In this document: positions 63,368 to 64,000 of the stretch, piece after piece
Numbering within the stretch: position 1 is the stretch's first letter
Layout: each line of letters opens with the position of its first letter
Assembly (NCBI RefSeq): GCF_963853765.1
Contig: NC_088861.1
Location: forward strand, 30,070,001-30,134,000
Length of the DNA stretch: 64,000 nt
Source of the DNA: Magallana gigas
Lineage: Eukaryota
Reading direction: 5' to 3'
Made by a program: the position numbers and the translations under genes
The notes under the pieces: generated by a model
Databases searched by the model: none
Told to the model about the DNA's origin: nothing
The model's input: the letters and a program-made list of their open reading frames with translations, nothing else

Positions 63368-64000
63368 TAGAAATATGAATTTTTGGTGCTTTTTGTTTTA
63401 AAATTATTGTTATGGCCCAGGAATTAGAATAAGTATTCCAGTGAGCATGGTGAGAAAGGTAAAAAATGGAATAAAATAATGTTGAAAAAGGAAATATTCT
63501 CCCTTTTTATCGTTTGAATGCATAATGCTAGGGATTGAATAAAGTCTTCATTTTATGCATTCATACAATACTGGTCCAATGGACTAAGAGAGTGAACACA
63601 CTAAGAATGAAGTTGAATTTATAATTATACATAATTTGGTTATGGGTATATTGCACATTCATGACATTTGGTATTCAGATTTTTAAAATGAATACTCCTA
63701 GGTTAATTTTTTGCATTTTGATAAAGCAGTTATGAGTTATTTCTATGTGAATGTGATGTACTCCAAACTGAAGCGACAGCAATTTTTTCAGATAGTTTTT
63801 GCATTTATCTCTTAGTATTGCCATCTCATTGATTTTATTAATTACGATTTTCTTTCAATCATATTTGAATGTCAGTTTGTAGATCTACCTGCTCTATTTT
63901 ATATACATACCGGTATATATAATGATGAGGAAAGGGTTGGGTCTTTGTGATGTTTTATTTGCCATTAAGAGGTTTGTTAGGAAGCAAAAGGTCCTTTTTT

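Noticed and set aside
1-64000. Autonomous transposase, reverse transcriptase, rRNA or tRNA genes; a STING gene as the cGLR effector
   Set aside because: No recognisable ORF or sequence motif for any of these in the window.

Overview
This is AT-rich eukaryotic DNA, almost certainly from an oyster (Crassostrea/Magallana type). The evidence is Cg170-like satellite monomers inside Helentron-derived HINE elements and the gene families present. It is a scaffold with two N gaps (42919-43089, 62063-62210). The window is an innate-immune gene cluster. From left to right: (1) two minus-strand EGF-like (MEGF10/CED-1-type) exons, one frameshifted; (2) an intact 3-exon secreted PAN/apple-like + SRCR gene (5589-8046) that the ORF track does not show as a whole; (3) a signal peptide + coiled-coil + two-SRCR pseudogene (9858-12670); (4) a TE-dense block (13.8-20.5 kb); (5) a RING-less TRIM-NHL gene T0 (B-box, B-box, coiled coil, NHL); (6) a cGAS-like receptor (cGLR, Mab-21-type nucleotidyltransferase + TPR-like tail) with its catalytic acidic residues present and a hidden 26-nt first coding exon; (7) a tandem array of four more TRIM-NHL genes (A 33687, B 39710 with two nonsense codons, C 49627, D 56884) in ~6-7.5 kb duplicated units. 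The array shows variation concentrated in NHL loops, recombinant/chimeric copies, an exon-spanning uORF in frame with the main ORF whose stop differs between copies (TAA/TAA/TGC/TGA), a 1.8-kb foldback, and copy-specific palindromic MITE insertions with target-site duplications. The strongest candidate for an undescribed system is the cGLR physically embedded among diversifying TRIM-NHL genes; any functional coupling is inference only. All alignments and counts were done by eye.
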